A stretch of DNA of 64,000 nt. Source: Mobula hypostoma. Taxonomy: Eukaryota. Below, in pieces: positions 10,815-23,800 of this stretch. Position 1 is the stretch's first letter. Every line of letters begins with the position of its first letter. The notes under the pieces were generated by a model. That model had not been told where the DNA came from. It was given only the letters and a program-made list of their open reading frames with translations, and did not search any database. The translations under genes and the position numbers were made by a program. The DNA lies in the NCBI RefSeq assembly GCF_963921235.1, contig NC_086108.1:41852001-41916000 (forward strand), given 5' to 3'.

Positions 10815-11175
10815 TACCAAATATTAGAAGGACTAGATAGGGAGGATGTGGAGAGTGTGATTTCTATGGTCAGGGCATCCAGAACTCAAAGGCACAGCCT
10901 CAAAATTGAGTGACAACCTTTTCGAACAGAGGTAAGGAGGAATTTTTTTAGCCAGAGAGTAGTGTATCTGTGGAATGCTCTGCCACAGACTACAGTGGAG
11001 AATATGTCCGTGAGTATATTTAAAATGGAAGTTGATCGTTTCCTGATCGGTCAGGGCATCAAAGGATATGGTGGGAAGGCAGGTGTATGGGATTGAGTGG
11101 GATCCAGGGACAGCTATGATGGAATACTGGAGCAGACTGAATGGCTTAATTCTGCTCCTATGCCTTGTAGTCTTA
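10815..11175 (+). mobile_element. CR1 LINE 3' end
   Basis: Homologous to the 3' ends at 4530-4890, 14440-14820 and 63140-63500. Confidence 0.85.
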
Positions 11176-11658
11176 TAACATGAGTTGTAGAGTTCACGGA
11201 AGTTAATCCACAGGTTCCGTGTTGAGGTGAGTGAAGTTATATACGCTGGTTCAGGAGTCTGATGGTTGAAGGATAATAACTGTGCCTGAACCTATCTCCA
11301 GTTGACCAGATGAAATGTAAGGCCAATCAAACAACTGCAGTTCAGCACAAAGTAAAGAGCTTGCACTTATACTGTGCTTTGCATTGCCTTGGTGCCTCAA
11401 AGCTCATTACAGCCATTGAAATAAATCTGAATAGTTGTCTCTGTTGAAAAGGAAGCAGTGTGACTCATTGCCAACTTATTTTTAAGAAAGTTCTGCATTA
11501 TAACAACACAAAGCCTCCCTGTGCATGAAGTTTCATAAACAAAATGTATTAATAAAAATTTACTCAAATATGCAATTGTTTGTAATGCCTCAACAATTGA
11601 CAATATATACGAATTATTTACTTACTGAAAAGTTCAAAGCTTTTCTTCTCTCTTGTAG

Positions 11659-11772
11659 TCTTTTGATGGTACTCCTTACCTACGAAATGACAAGCAAGAT
11701 CGTACTCAGATTCCTTATTTCAAGAACAATAACACAACTTTCTCAAAGAAACATTGCTTTGAGAATTATTAG
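11659..11772 (+). CDS. candidate terminal coding exon (phase 0: SFDGTPYLRNDKQDRTQIPYFKNNNTTFSKKHCFENY*)
   Basis: Strong acceptor ttttcttctctcttgtag, open to TAG at 11770-11772, phase-compatible with 5644-5676; AATAAA near 12747. Product not recognised. Confidence 0.35.
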   Translation, partial: SFDGTPYLRNDKQDRTQIPYFKNNNTTFSKKHCFENY

Positions 11773-11849
11773 TCATACAGCAATATGTAAAATGCATTTG
11801 TTTTAACAGAGCAGTTACTTCCTATGAATAGAGATCAGGCAAAGCAAAA

Positions 11850-12420
11850 TTCAAATTTCAAAGTACATTTATTATCAAAGTACTGTACATATATGTCACC
11901 ATATACAACCCGGATGTTCATTTTCTTGCAGGCACACTCAATAAATCCATAATGGAATAATAACCATAGCAGGATCAATGAAAGGCCACGCCCACTTGGG
12001 CATTCAAACACTGTGCATAATACAAACTGCAAAACACAAAAAGAAAGAAATAATGATAATAAATAAATAAGCAATAAAAATCAAGAACATGAGATGAAGA
12101 GTCCTTGAAAATGAGTCCATAGGTTGTGGGAACATTTCAATGACAGTGCAAGTCAAGTTGAGTGAACCCTTTGGTGCAAGAGCCTGGAGGCTGAGGGGTA
12201 GTAACTGTTCCTGAACATGGTGTTGTGAGTCCTGAGGCTTCTGTACCTTCTTCCTGATCAATGGCAGCAGCAAGAAGAGAGCATGGCCTGGGTGGTGCGG
12301 GTCCCTGATGATGGATGCTGCTTTCCTGCTTCATGTGGATGTGCTCAATAGTGGGAAGAGCTTCGCCCGTGATGGATTGAACCATATGCACTACTTTCTT
12401 GCAGAATTTTCCATTCAAGG
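11850..12420 (-). mobile_element. Rex1-like LINE 3' end (abundant old subfamily)
   Basis: VQSITGEALPTIEHI, HPGH-like motif, and a 3' UTR shared with 17400-17780, 41700-41940, 51270-51650 and 60655-60955. Confidence 0.8.
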
Positions 12421-13019
12421 GCAAGAAAGGTAAATTACATCTGAAAAACTCTGGGATACTAAGGGGATTTTCTCCCCCCAAATGCTTAATAGCGTTCAGT
12501 TCAGGATTTTTTTCCTGACATGTTGAACTGGACCTATCTAAAAGAGAGAGCATGGGTTTTTTTTAAAAAATCATGTAATGATTTTACTTTCTATTTGTTG
12601 CATTTACACCGGTCTCTCAAAGTCTCAAAGTCTTTGTGCTACCTACAAGGGCTAATCAAGCCCATCCTACAAAGGCCCACAACAGCTGGGAACGCTGCCA
12701 AGGCTACATTCCCCTCACTTGTACCTGCCCATTGGACCTGAACTCCAATAAACAAAACTTAAGTAAATAATAGCAGAACACTGCTCAAAATAATCTTCAT
12801 TTCTTGCATAAAAGCAATGAAACAATGACAAGTGAAATCCTGCACTAATATATCATAAATTATTCGTGGAATCAACAACAAACCCATTAGCCTTTAAATT
12901 GTGCCAAAAACCATGTTGAACAATATATAAACACAAGAGATTCTGCGGGTGCTGCAATTCCAGAGTAACACACACAAAATGCTGAAGGAACTCAGCAGGT
13001 CAGGCGCTGCAGACAAAGG

Positions 13020-13400
13020 AACAAGTCCTTCACTTACATAGTACCCTTCACATACCACTTGACAGTCCAGTAGAATACTTCATGAAGCAGTAAATATCAG
13101 AGTAAATTTATGTGCAGCAGGTCCCCAAAAACAGGATGGTGCTGACAATTACATTATCAAGGTTAACAAGTGAGGAATAAATATTAGCCAGGTTACCACT
13201 GCTTTTCTTGAAAGTAGTATCAAAAGATCTTTTATTGATGCAGCCAAAACCTTGTATTAACACTTCCACAAATCTGCATAGCTTGCAGTGCATTCCTTCA
13301 GTTTCGCAGTGGACCATCTGCTTGAGTTTGGTGCTTAGGTTTCTAGTCTTGGACTTGAACTCGATCTTGTGACTCAGAGGGAAGCTCATTACCAACCACG
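13020..13400 (-). mobile_element. ancient Deu-domain-like SINE with L2-type tail
   Basis: Minus strand: ctctgagtcacaagatcgagttcaagtcc tRNA-like head, cctggctaatatttattcctca Deu-like core, gtgaagggtactatgtaagtgaag tail. Confidence 0.6.
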
Positions 13401-13704
13401 TTACAACTAGAAGAGAAAGTACTCCTTCTCAGAGGAAACTAAATCACAAAAGTTACTCTCTATATCAGAATCAAAATAAGACTTATTATCACAGGCACGT
13501 CGCGAAATTTGTTAGCATAGAATGTCTAATTACGGTGATTTGCAAATAATGGATTATTTGTTAATTATCTGTTAAATTGTGGTTCTTCATCTAAAGATAT
13601 CAGTGTCAACGTTCAACTAAAATAATTGAAAAATAGTTTTATATTGTAACACTGCAAAATGAAACTGATTTAAATATATTATGATCATATTTTCAATCCA
13701 TTGT

Positions 13705-14822
13705 CTATTGATGTGGATGGAGAATTGGTTAACAGACAGGAAGCAAAGAGTGGGAATAAACGGGACCTTTTCAGAATGGCAGGCGGTGACTAGTGGGGTA
13801 CCGCAAGGCTCAGTGCTGGGACCCCAGTTGTTTACAATATATATTAATGACTTGGATGAGGGAATTAAATGCAGCATCTCCAAGTTTGCGGATGACACGA
13901 AGCTGGGTGGCAGTGTTAGCTGTGAGAAGGATGCTAAGAGGATGCAGAGTGACTTGGATAGGTTGGGTGAGTGGGCAAATTCATGGCAGATGCAATTTAA
14001 TGTGGATAAATGTGAAGTTATCCACTTTGGTGGCAAAAATAGGAAAACAGATTATTATCTGAATGGTGGCCGATTAGGAAAAGGGGAGGTGCAATGAGAC
14101 CTGGGTGTCATTATACACCAGTCATTGAAAGTGGGCATGCAGGTACAGCAGGCGGTGAAAAAGGCGAATGGTATGCTGGCATTTACAGCGAGAGGATTCG
14201 AGTACAGGAGCAGGGAGGTACTACTGCAGTTGTACAAGGCCTTGGTGAGACCACACCTGGAGTATTGTGTGCAGTTTTGGTCCCCTAATCTGAGGAAAGA
14301 CATCCTTGCCATAGAGGGAGTACAAAGAAGGTTCACCAGATTGATTCCTGGGATGGCAGGACTTTCATATGAAGAAAGACTGGATGAATTGGGCTTATAC
14401 TCGTTGGAATTTAGAAGATTGAGGGGGGATCTGATTGAAACGTATAAAAATCCTAAAGGGATTGGACAGGCTAGATGCAGGAAGATTGTTCCCGATATTG
14501 GGGAAGTCCAGAACAAGGGGTCACAGTTTGAGGATAAAGGGGAAGCCTTTTAGGACCGAGATTAGGAAAAACTTCTTCACACAGAGAGTGGTGAATCTGT
14601 GGAATTCTCTGCCACAGGAAACAGTTGAGGCCAGTTCATTGGCTATATTTAAGAGGGAGTTAGATATGGCCCTTGTGGTTACGGGGATCAGGGGGTATGG
14701 AGAGATGGCAGGTATAGGGTTCTAAGTTGGATGATCAGGCATGATCGTACTGAATGGCGGTGCAGGCTCGAAGGGCCGAATGGCCTACTCCTGCACCTAT
14801 TTTCTATGTTTCTATGTTTCTA
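13705..14822 (+). mobile_element. CR1 LINE 3' 1.1 kb, relatively young
   Basis: SGVPQGSVLGPQLFTIYINDLD, KFADDTKLGG, LVRPHLEYCVQFW; only one stop and one frameshift; (ttctatgt)n tail. Confidence 0.95.
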
Positions 14823-14919
14823 TTTCCATTCACAGTGTTTAAAGCAAAGCTGTGATACCAGAGCTGATCATGAATCAAAAGAGAAAAAGCATATGCAAAA
14901 AAACAGCAGGAATTTTCCC

Positions 14920-16350
14920 ATGATATTACAAGGAAAACTATTTATTTTGAAAAGAAATGCAAATGAAATATAATTAAAACAATTTGCGGCATTCAAACAA
15001 CGGCTAATACAATGGCTAAGAGCTAGAATCCATCTATAATGTTACTGATAGTCATTTTCATAGAAGTAAATGTGCACATAAAATGCTTTGAATACTCTAA
15101 TTTATAGTCCCCTAGCTTCCTTTTCTCATGGAAAATCCAGAGCTATTTTTCACGTTAATGTAAAATAGATCATTTAGTGTGTCAGTCTGTTTAATCAAAA
15201 TAATCCGGCATCAATTTTGATAACTGAACAATTTGTATCCCAGTGGAAAAATACTCTTTTTTTAGACTTGCAGATGATGAAATTTCCTATCATGTAGATA
15301 AGCAGGAGGAGGGAAAAGGGATGAGTTTTATTCACTGATCCAATGAGCAATCATTCATTCCTAATGTTCATCATGAAAACTAACTAACAACGCTGTTTCA
15401 CAGATGTGAAATGGTTTTTAAAACGGTAGAATTAGAAGTCATAAATAAAAACAGCCAACCGTGTCAGGGGAAAAAATTGAAAGTGACGCATTGGCATGAA
15501 AACTGAGGAGATGGCTGCTTTGGGCTTTAAGTGATCATGTGTCACACATAGCTCATGGCAGCACTCAATTTGTATAGCTTGTGTACTTGAATATTGACAC
15601 AGGGCTGGAAGTTGTAGCTGAACAGATTGAAGTTGCTCGCACCCAGCTGAAGACTTGCCAGCAGTTAATGAACGGGAACAATAGACTGCGCACACGTAGG
15701 TTATCTACTGCAATGATACAGTATATCCTTAAGATGCTGTACCTGTCTGAGTTTGAAAAAGCAATTTATTCATCATCCATCTCACTCAGCTTGCTGTCCA
15801 GAATGTATTTCGTTGTTAAAGTAAGAACTATTTTTATTTGTACACAGAGTTTTCATACATGGCCATTTCACTTCCAGGGTGGAAATGTAGGCTGGTACAG
15901 TACTTAAAGAGCTATTGAACAAACTTTTAATAGTTCTTATGTCTTGTATCCTACAGTCGAGGGAGGTTTCCAACTCAGCAGTAGTAATGGCCTACCAGAT
16001 TAGTTTGAAGCTTGCACAGGACCTGAAAGCCAACCGGAAGGGTAAACCGATGGACAAACAGATCATTAGGAAGATGCAAGTCTGAACTATTGACTCCAGT
16101 TTTAGATACAAATGTAGTTTGGAATTCTATTCTTCAGGATTCCAAATCCACATAATGGATTCAGATTCCACCACAAGTGGGTTGACAATTAACCAAGCTT
16201 TGTGAAAAATAACTGAAGCCATGGTTATTTCTTCGTTGTCACAGGAGACATCCAAGTTAGTTCAGGTCCTGTTGGAAAGCTTGAGAGCAGCCCAAAATAA
16301 ATAAGCACACTGCCTGATCTTAACGGTGTTAAGAATCTTGCAGCTCATTC
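14920..16350 (-). other. probable terminal exon / 3' UTR of a minus-strand host gene
   Basis: About 1.4 kb with no recognisable repeats; minus-strand acceptor ctctcacttttgctttaag at 16351; AATAAA at 14941-14946 followed by a U-rich element (plus-strand A-rich 14877-14903). The coding end would be xNELQDS* (phase 2) or GMSCK...NRT* (phase 1). Confidence 0.45.
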
Positions 16351-16595
16351 CTTAAAGCAAAAGTGAGAGTCACAGTGAATAGTCTCTGCAATGTCACAAC
16401 CAATTCTGCATGAAGAGTTATTAGATACAAGCAACTTTATTGAAAATTATATGGATTTTTTTTTGACAGAGCACAAACAACCCTTTGCCATTAGCAATAA
16501 TGCAGAACTGTAAAGTATTGTTCTGGTAGGATGAATAGGTCAGGCCAAAATAAGTACTGTTAATAGAACTAGCTTTTCAACTTTTAAACCAATCA

Positions 16596-17780
16596 ATGTT
16601 TCAAGGCCTTGGCCTCAGTACCTCCTTGTGCAAGTGGATCCTTGATTTCCTCACTTGTAGACTCCAGTCAGTTTGGATTGACGACAACATCTCCTCCACG
16701 ATATCCATCAGCGCAGGTGTACCACAAGGCTGTGTGCTTAGCCCATGCTCTGTTTGCTTTACACTTATGGCTGTGTGACTAAGCACAGCTTCAATGCTAT
16801 TTTGAAGTTTACTGGTGACACCACTGCCATAGGCCAGAAATCAAAGGTGGTGACGAATCAGCCTGTAAGAGGGAGATTGAAAATCTGGCTGAGTGGTGTC
16901 ACAACAACAGCCTCTTACTCAATGTCAGCAAGATCAAGGAGCTGATTAATGACTACAAGAGGCGAAAACCAGTGGTCCATGAGCCAGTCCTCATCAAGGA
17001 TCGGTGGCGGAGAGGGTCAGCAACTTTAAATTTCTCAGTGTTATCATTTCAGAGGACTTGCCCTGGGCCCAGCATACAAGTACAATTATGAAGAAAGCGC
17101 AACAGTGTCTATATTTCCTTAGGAGTTTGCAAAGATTCAGCATAACATCTAAAACTTTGACAAACCACTATAGATGTGTAGAAGAGAGCATAATGTATTG
17201 ACTAGCTGCATCACAACCTGGTATGCCCTTGAACAGAAAAGCCTACAAAATGTAGTGGATACGAGCCAGTCCATCATGGGTAAAGCCCTCCCCACCATTG
17301 ACCACATTGTCACAGGAAAGCAGCAACCATCATCAGGGACCCATACCACCCAGGACGTGCTCTCTTCTCACTCCTGCCATCAGGAGGAAGGTACAGGAGC
17401 CTCAGGACTCACACCACCAGGTACAGGAACAGTTACTACCCATCAACCATAAGGTTCTTGAACCAAATGGGATAACTTCACTCAACTTCACTTGCCCCAT
17501 CAGTGAAATGTTCCCACAGCCTATGGAGTCACCTTCAAGGACTCTTCATCTCATGTCCTCGATATTTATTGCCTATTTATTTGTTTTTATTATTTAATTC
17601 TTTTTGTAGTTTCAGAGTTTGTTGTCTTTTACACTGGTTGGTGCAGTCTTTCGTTGATTCTATTACAGTTATTATTCTATTGTGGAATTGTTGAGTATGC
17701 CCGCAAGAAAATGAATCTCAGAGTTGTGTATGGTGACATATACAGTATGTACTTTTATAATAAATTTGCTCTGAACTTCT
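16596..17780 (+). mobile_element. Rex1-like LINE RT fragment with 3' UTR
   Basis: [45 protein letters not shown]. Confidence 0.88.
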
Positions 17781-17859
17781 GTCATACAACCCACCACCTG
17801 TTATGACACATTTTCTAAATTACTACAAGAATCACAAACACTAGCAAGCTCACTCCGGC

Positions 17860-18562
17860 AAACAAAAAACAAGCTGCTAGAGGAACTCTGCAGGTCAGGG
17901 TGGAGGCAAAGAGAGAGTGAACATTGTAGGATGGGACCCTGCATCAGGACCAGAGTGTAAAAGGGAGACGGCCAGTGTAAGGAAGTCAGGGGGAAGAGTG
18001 AGGCAGGTGCTAGCAAGCAGTAAGTGGATCCGGGGGGTGAGAATGTTTGATTGACAGGTGGGGGAGGGAGGGATGGAGATAATGACAAATGCTGGAAGGT
18101 GACTGGTGGAGGGAACAAAGGGGTGATGATTATCGAATCCAATAAGAAGAGAAGGTGGTAGGTGGAACCCGATAAGAGGGGGCTGGTAAGTAGAAAGGAA
18201 TAGAAGGGGGAGGGGATAGAAAACCAGGGTGTCCTTGTTTGGGTGAGAGGCAAATGCAATGAGGTTGGGAAGGGGAAAAGAAACCAAACCATCCTCTGTC
18301 ACTATTTCAATCTCTGCCGCCACCCCGCCCACCCCACCTGGCTTGCTCCATTTGCCCTTTAACCCCTCCTTACCTGAGTCCGCCTATCAATTACCACGTC
18401 CTGCCTCACCCTTCCCCCTCAACCCTTTACACTGGCTATGTCCCCTTTACGCTCCCATTGCAGATGCAGGGTCTTGACGCAAAACATTGCCTCCCACAGA
18501 TGCTGCCTGACCCACTGAGTTCCTCCAGGCACTTGTTTGTTTTTTTGCTGCAGATTCCGGCA
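17860..18562. mobile_element. two Penelope-like terminal (pLTR) fragments in inverted arrangement
   Basis: Left (minus) and right (plus) segments both carry the degenerate gatgcagggtc hammerhead-like core and the gatgctgcctgacc...gagttcctccagc terminus also seen at 38640-38780 and 40630-40770. Confidence 0.65.
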
Positions 18563-18859
18563 AATACATAGACACATTGACTCGGGACTTAGAAACAGTA
18601 GTAAGCTATTCAATCCCTCAGTGCTTAACTACTTCACAACTAACCTGAATTTTTATTTCACCTTCCTGCGCCATCAGTAGTTTGATGGATGGAAGAGAGT
18701 CAGACTATTCTAACTGCAATGAAGCAGGGCATCTGGTGCCATTTAATATAAACTCTACATTTGGATTTAAGATTATAATTAGGCAGTCAGGAGGGATGTT
18801 GAATAACTTGTCAATGTTCCTCAACATTCTGAATGTACTTGTAAGCAACAAATGACAGA

Positions 18860-19280
18860 TCACAGAGGTACTAGCCTACAAAGTACTCAGGAGATTTTCA
18901 GGGAGCAGTGTCTCAGAAAGGCAGCGTCCATTATTAAGGACCTCCAGCACCCAGGGCATGCCCTTTTCTCACTGTTACCATCAGGCAGGAGGTACAGAAG
19001 CCTGAAGACACACACTCAGCGATTCAAGAACAGCTTCTTCCCCTCTGCCATACGATTCCCAAATGGACATTGAACCTGTGAACAGTACTTCATTTTTTTA
19101 ACATATATTATGTCTGTTTTTGCATGATTTCTAATCTATTCAATATATGGATACTGTAATTGGTTTACTTATTTATTTATTTTTCTCCTTCTTCTATATT
19201 ATGTATGGCATTGAACTGCTGCTGCTAAGTTAACAAATTTCACATCACATGCCGGTGATAATAAACCTGGTTCTGATTCT
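18860..19280 (+). mobile_element. Rex1-like LINE 3' end
   Basis: CLRKAASIIKDLQHPGHALFSLLPSGRRYRSLKTHTQRFKNSFFPSAIR; tctgattct tail. Confidence 0.88.
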
Positions 19281-20165
19281 AATGAACCTGCCTAATAGAC
19301 ACACAAGTTAATACAACACTAACCAAAACCCCTGCCTGGTCTGTGCAACGGGCAATATTTATATTATTATAGTGTTTGCAAAATTCCCAGCATAGGAAGG
19401 AGATCTGTTGAATACTGATCTCTAATGGAGGCGATGTGCAAGGACTATAGTGACAGTGCAGATAGGTCATCCTTGAAGCTTCTGCAGACAAAGCACCTAC
19501 AGCTACTACTGAACAGCTCAGCCACAAACAGCAGTCATGCAGCCAAGACGATTAATGGACTCTCCTCCTCCAGTGGAAACAGGGCAAGTGAAAAGCATAT
19601 GGCGAAATTTCATAGCATACAAGTACGTGACAAAAAAAAAACTGAAACATGCTGTTGACGTGCTTCCTGACCATGTTGAAGTCTATTACTTGGTCTTTCA
19701 TACTTGCAGCTCTGAGCACAGTAAATGTGGACGGCGGGCTCAATTACAATGCTCACCGGTATAGTTTCCTATCACTGGGAATGAACAGGCAGCATGGGTA
19801 GTCCACTATTAATCCTATAAAACACAGGTCTTCCCCGGCTACCAATGCTTGTCACGTACAGCCCGTACATACAAACATGCGTTTGGAAGATTGATGGGCC
19901 GGACCTGCTGGTTGCATCTTCCACTGTGTGGGAACTTGGTGTGCGGCCACTTTCTGACTTGTGAACAGTCTGGGTTATGAACCATTCACAGGATTGAAAT
20001 TCTGTCAAACCTTGGGAGGATATTCTGTAACTAGAAGCAGCCTCTTCAGAAATAATTTAGTAGAATCATTAATAAATGTCCTTTGTCAACAGTAAAGAAC
20101 AGACAAATTACAGTTAGCCGCAAATAAAACTATGATCCAGTCGAAGACGGATGTTTGTTTGTATG

Positions 20166-20519
20166 CAGACATCCCACCTCTCCCGGAATTTCCGGGAGTC
20201 TCCCACATATTGATAGTAGCTCCCTGATGCCTGTAAATTATATACAATATCCCAGAAATCGATTTTTTTGACAGAGAGACAGAGAGAGAGAGAGAAAACG
20301 CCATGGCAGAGTGTTCCAAAAAAAGAAAATATAAAACGTACGTCACCCCAGACTGCACTAAAGTGTACTCCTGCCTAATAGGGGTCAAAAATAATAACAG
20401 TGTTACTTGCTGCACTGTTTGCAACAGCAGACATCCCACCTCTCCAGAAGTTCTGGGAGTCTCCCGCAAATTGATGGTGCTGGTTCCCTGAAATGAGTTT
20501 TTGCAGGGTGGGATGTCTG
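20166..20519. mobile_element. non-autonomous DNA transposon (hAT-like MITE) with an internal duplicate of its left end
   Basis: TIR cagacatcccacc / ggtgggatgtctg; 20166-20230 is repeated at 20428-20490; flanks ttgtatg / ttgtgtg. Confidence 0.7.
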
Positions 20520-20829
20520 TTGTGTGTAAAAAAAAATCTGGTTCAACAGCTATGAGGCAACACCTGTACTTTTCAATAGAAACAAAACATTACCTTCTTA
20601 CTCCAGTCAATGCATAGTCCTCTCATGTTGATGTTTCAAAGGTAAAAAGTAGCTTTATTTGTCACATGTAAATTGAAACATTTAGTGAAGTTCACTGTTT
20701 TGAGTCAACAACCAACACAAAGTTTTATTATTACATGGGTGGCCATTTAGTTATCAAGTCTATTTATTTCTCTGATTTGTTTCACAAAGTTCACATAAAC
20801 ATCTATCCCTGACAGGTCCATTTTCATGC

Positions 20830-23800
20830 TTTACAAGTCTTTGACTCCAGGGCAGGTGGAAATGGACGTAAACATCTTGACATAATGCATGGAGAATTGT
20901 CCGTATCTTAACAAACACTCTGTTTCTTCAAGCTGACAAATGCTCGACCTTATTGCTACCCTTCTGGTCCAAGTATTGATAATTGTTATATTATATCATC
21001 ATCTGAGCAAGGGACAACAGAGATGTCCATATCACCCATACCTTAACAGGTATTGATGATTATTTTCGGATGATTGTCTAATCCACTGCTATCTCCAGCA
21101 ACCTGGGCCAAAACACCAGTATGAACAGAAGCTTTGATAGAAGATCAATGTCAAAACTCTCAAGGGCCCATTAGACTCTTATCAGACAGTGTCTCACAGA
21201 CAACCTGCCAACTTCTAGGCTACAGGAGCAGACATTGGCTCCTGTGCCAAGAAGAACTAAGACTGGCTTTTTGAAAATCACCAGGCACCGAGCTAATTAA
21301 CCACATTTGTAAGGTGTTCAGGAACTGGAAGCTTGACTTCCTCAAGGAAAAATAAATAGATGACATGTCTAACTCTTGGCTGTTAAATCACCTGTGCCTC
21401 CAACACCGCACTTCAATAAGAGCCAGGAATGGGATGAATTTCATCAAGGATAGAGAGGCAATCAGTGTCTGCTGGATGGAACACTTCCTGGACCCTTTCA
21501 ATGACAACTCTGTCCTTAATATGAGCACGCTTGACTGCATGCTACAGCACCGTATACAGACCAGCCTTGTTCTGATACCTAACTGACGGGAAAATAAGGT
21601 GGATAAATCCCACTTAAAAAATAATAAGGCCTCAGGAACACTCAGCAAATTCCTACAACTCTCCATCACGAAGCTTTGACTTTACATCCACATCTTCATC
21701 TGCTACATTTGGAGCCTAACACATAACAAAACTATAGAAGGGAGTCCTTGCAGACTGACACAAAACAAATCATCACCAATGTATCCTGAACATCTCCTCC
21801 CCCTGTGGCTGAAGAGCCGCTCCCCAAATTAAAGTATGTATTCTTTCTATCTGGACGTGATTTCATTGTGTATCCACTTCAAAAGAAATGCAAGGAGCAG
21901 CACCAGCCATTTCACACTGCCATTATCAATCTCACCAAAGTCTCTGACTTCATCTATTGGAAGAGACCATCCTTAAATTTAGCTGCATGTAAAAAATTGG
22001 CTTGTTCTTGCATTTGTCCCACAATAACACGCACATCATGCTATTAACCAATGTGCTTATGAATAAAGTATTTGCAGTGAATACTGTTGTCAAGCAAGGC
22101 TGCATCATTGCCCGAGAGCTTTTCTCTATCTTTCTTGCTGCAATGTTGCACCTCACCTCCAAGAAACGTAGTGTTGGAATGTAATTACAGTGCCTATAAA
22201 AAGTATTCAGTGCCCCCACCCTTAGAAGTTGTCATGTTTAATTGTTTTACAACATTGAATCACAGTGATTTGATGTTTTTGACACTGATCAACAGAAGAC
22301 ACTTGTGTCAAGGTGAAAACAGATCTCCACAAAGTGATCTAAATTAATTACAAATATAAAACACAAAATAATTGATTACGTTGAGTATTCACCCCCTTTA
22401 ATACGACACATCAAACCATCACTGATGCAGCTGATAGGTTTGACAAGTCACATAATTAGCTAAATGGAGATCACCTGTGCGCAGTCAAGGTGTTTCAATT
22501 GATTGTAGTAAAAGTACACTTGTATCTGGAAGGTCCAACTGTGGTGAGTCAGTATCCTGGCAAAGACTACACTATGAAGACAAAAGAATACTTCAAGCAA
22601 CTCCACGAAAATGTTATGGAAAAGCATAATTCAGGAGATGGATACAAGAAAATTTCCAAGTCACTGACTATCCCTTGGAGTACAGTTAAGTCAACCATCA
22701 ATAAATAGAAAGAATGTGGCACAGCTGTAAATCTGTCTATAAGTAGACTGTCCTCAAAAACTGAGTGATCGTGCAAGAAGAAGTCTAGCAAGGGAGGCCA
22801 CCAAGTGACCTAAGACAGCTCTGGAGGAGTTACAAGCTTCAGTGGCAGAGATGGGAGAGACTGTGCATACAACAACTGTTGCCTGGGTGCTTCCCCAGTC
22901 GCAGTTTTATGGGAGAGTGGCAAAGAGAAAGTGACTGTTGAAAAAAACTCACATGAAATCTTGGCTAAAGTTTGCCAGAAGGCATGTGGGAAGACTCTGA
23001 AGTCAGTTGGAAGAAGGTTCTATGGTCTGATGAAACCAAAATTGAGCTCTTTAGCCATCCAACTAAACACTATGGTTTGGCCATATCATCAAAAACACAG
23101 CATCCCCACCGTGAAGCATGGTGGTGGCTGCATCATGCTGTGGGCATGCTTCACTGCAGCAGACCCTGGAAGGATTGAGAAGGCAGAGAGTAAAACAAAT
23201 GCAGCAAAATGCAGGGAAATCCTGGAGGATAACCAGGTGCAGTCTGCAAGAGAACTGCGACTTAGAAGATTTGTTTTCCAGCAAGACAATGACCCCAAGC
23301 AGAAAGCCAAAGCTACACAGGAATGGCTTGAAAACAACAAAGTTAATGTCCTGGAGTGGCCAAGTCAGAGTCTAGACCTCAATCCAATTGAGAATTTATG
23401 GCTGAACTTGAAAAGGGCTGTTCACTCACAATCCCCATGCAATCTGATGAGTTTGAGCAGTTTTGTAAAGAAGAATGGGGAAATATTGCAGTGTCCAGAT
23501 GTGCAAAACTGATAGAGACCTACCCACACAGACTCAGGGGTATATTGCTGCCAAAAGGTACATTTACTAAATACCAACTTAAAGCCGGTGGATACTTATG
23601 CAATCAATTATTTTGTGTCTTATATGTGTAATTAACTTAGTATGCCCACAGAAAAAGAATCTCAGGTTTGTCTGTGGTGACATGTATGTACTCCGATGAT
23701 AAATTTTAGTTTGAACTTTTTTGAAATTTTACCACAAATAAATTAACAAGTAGTAAGGAGCATTTATGACACTGGATATAAAGTTAACAGTAAGATGCTA

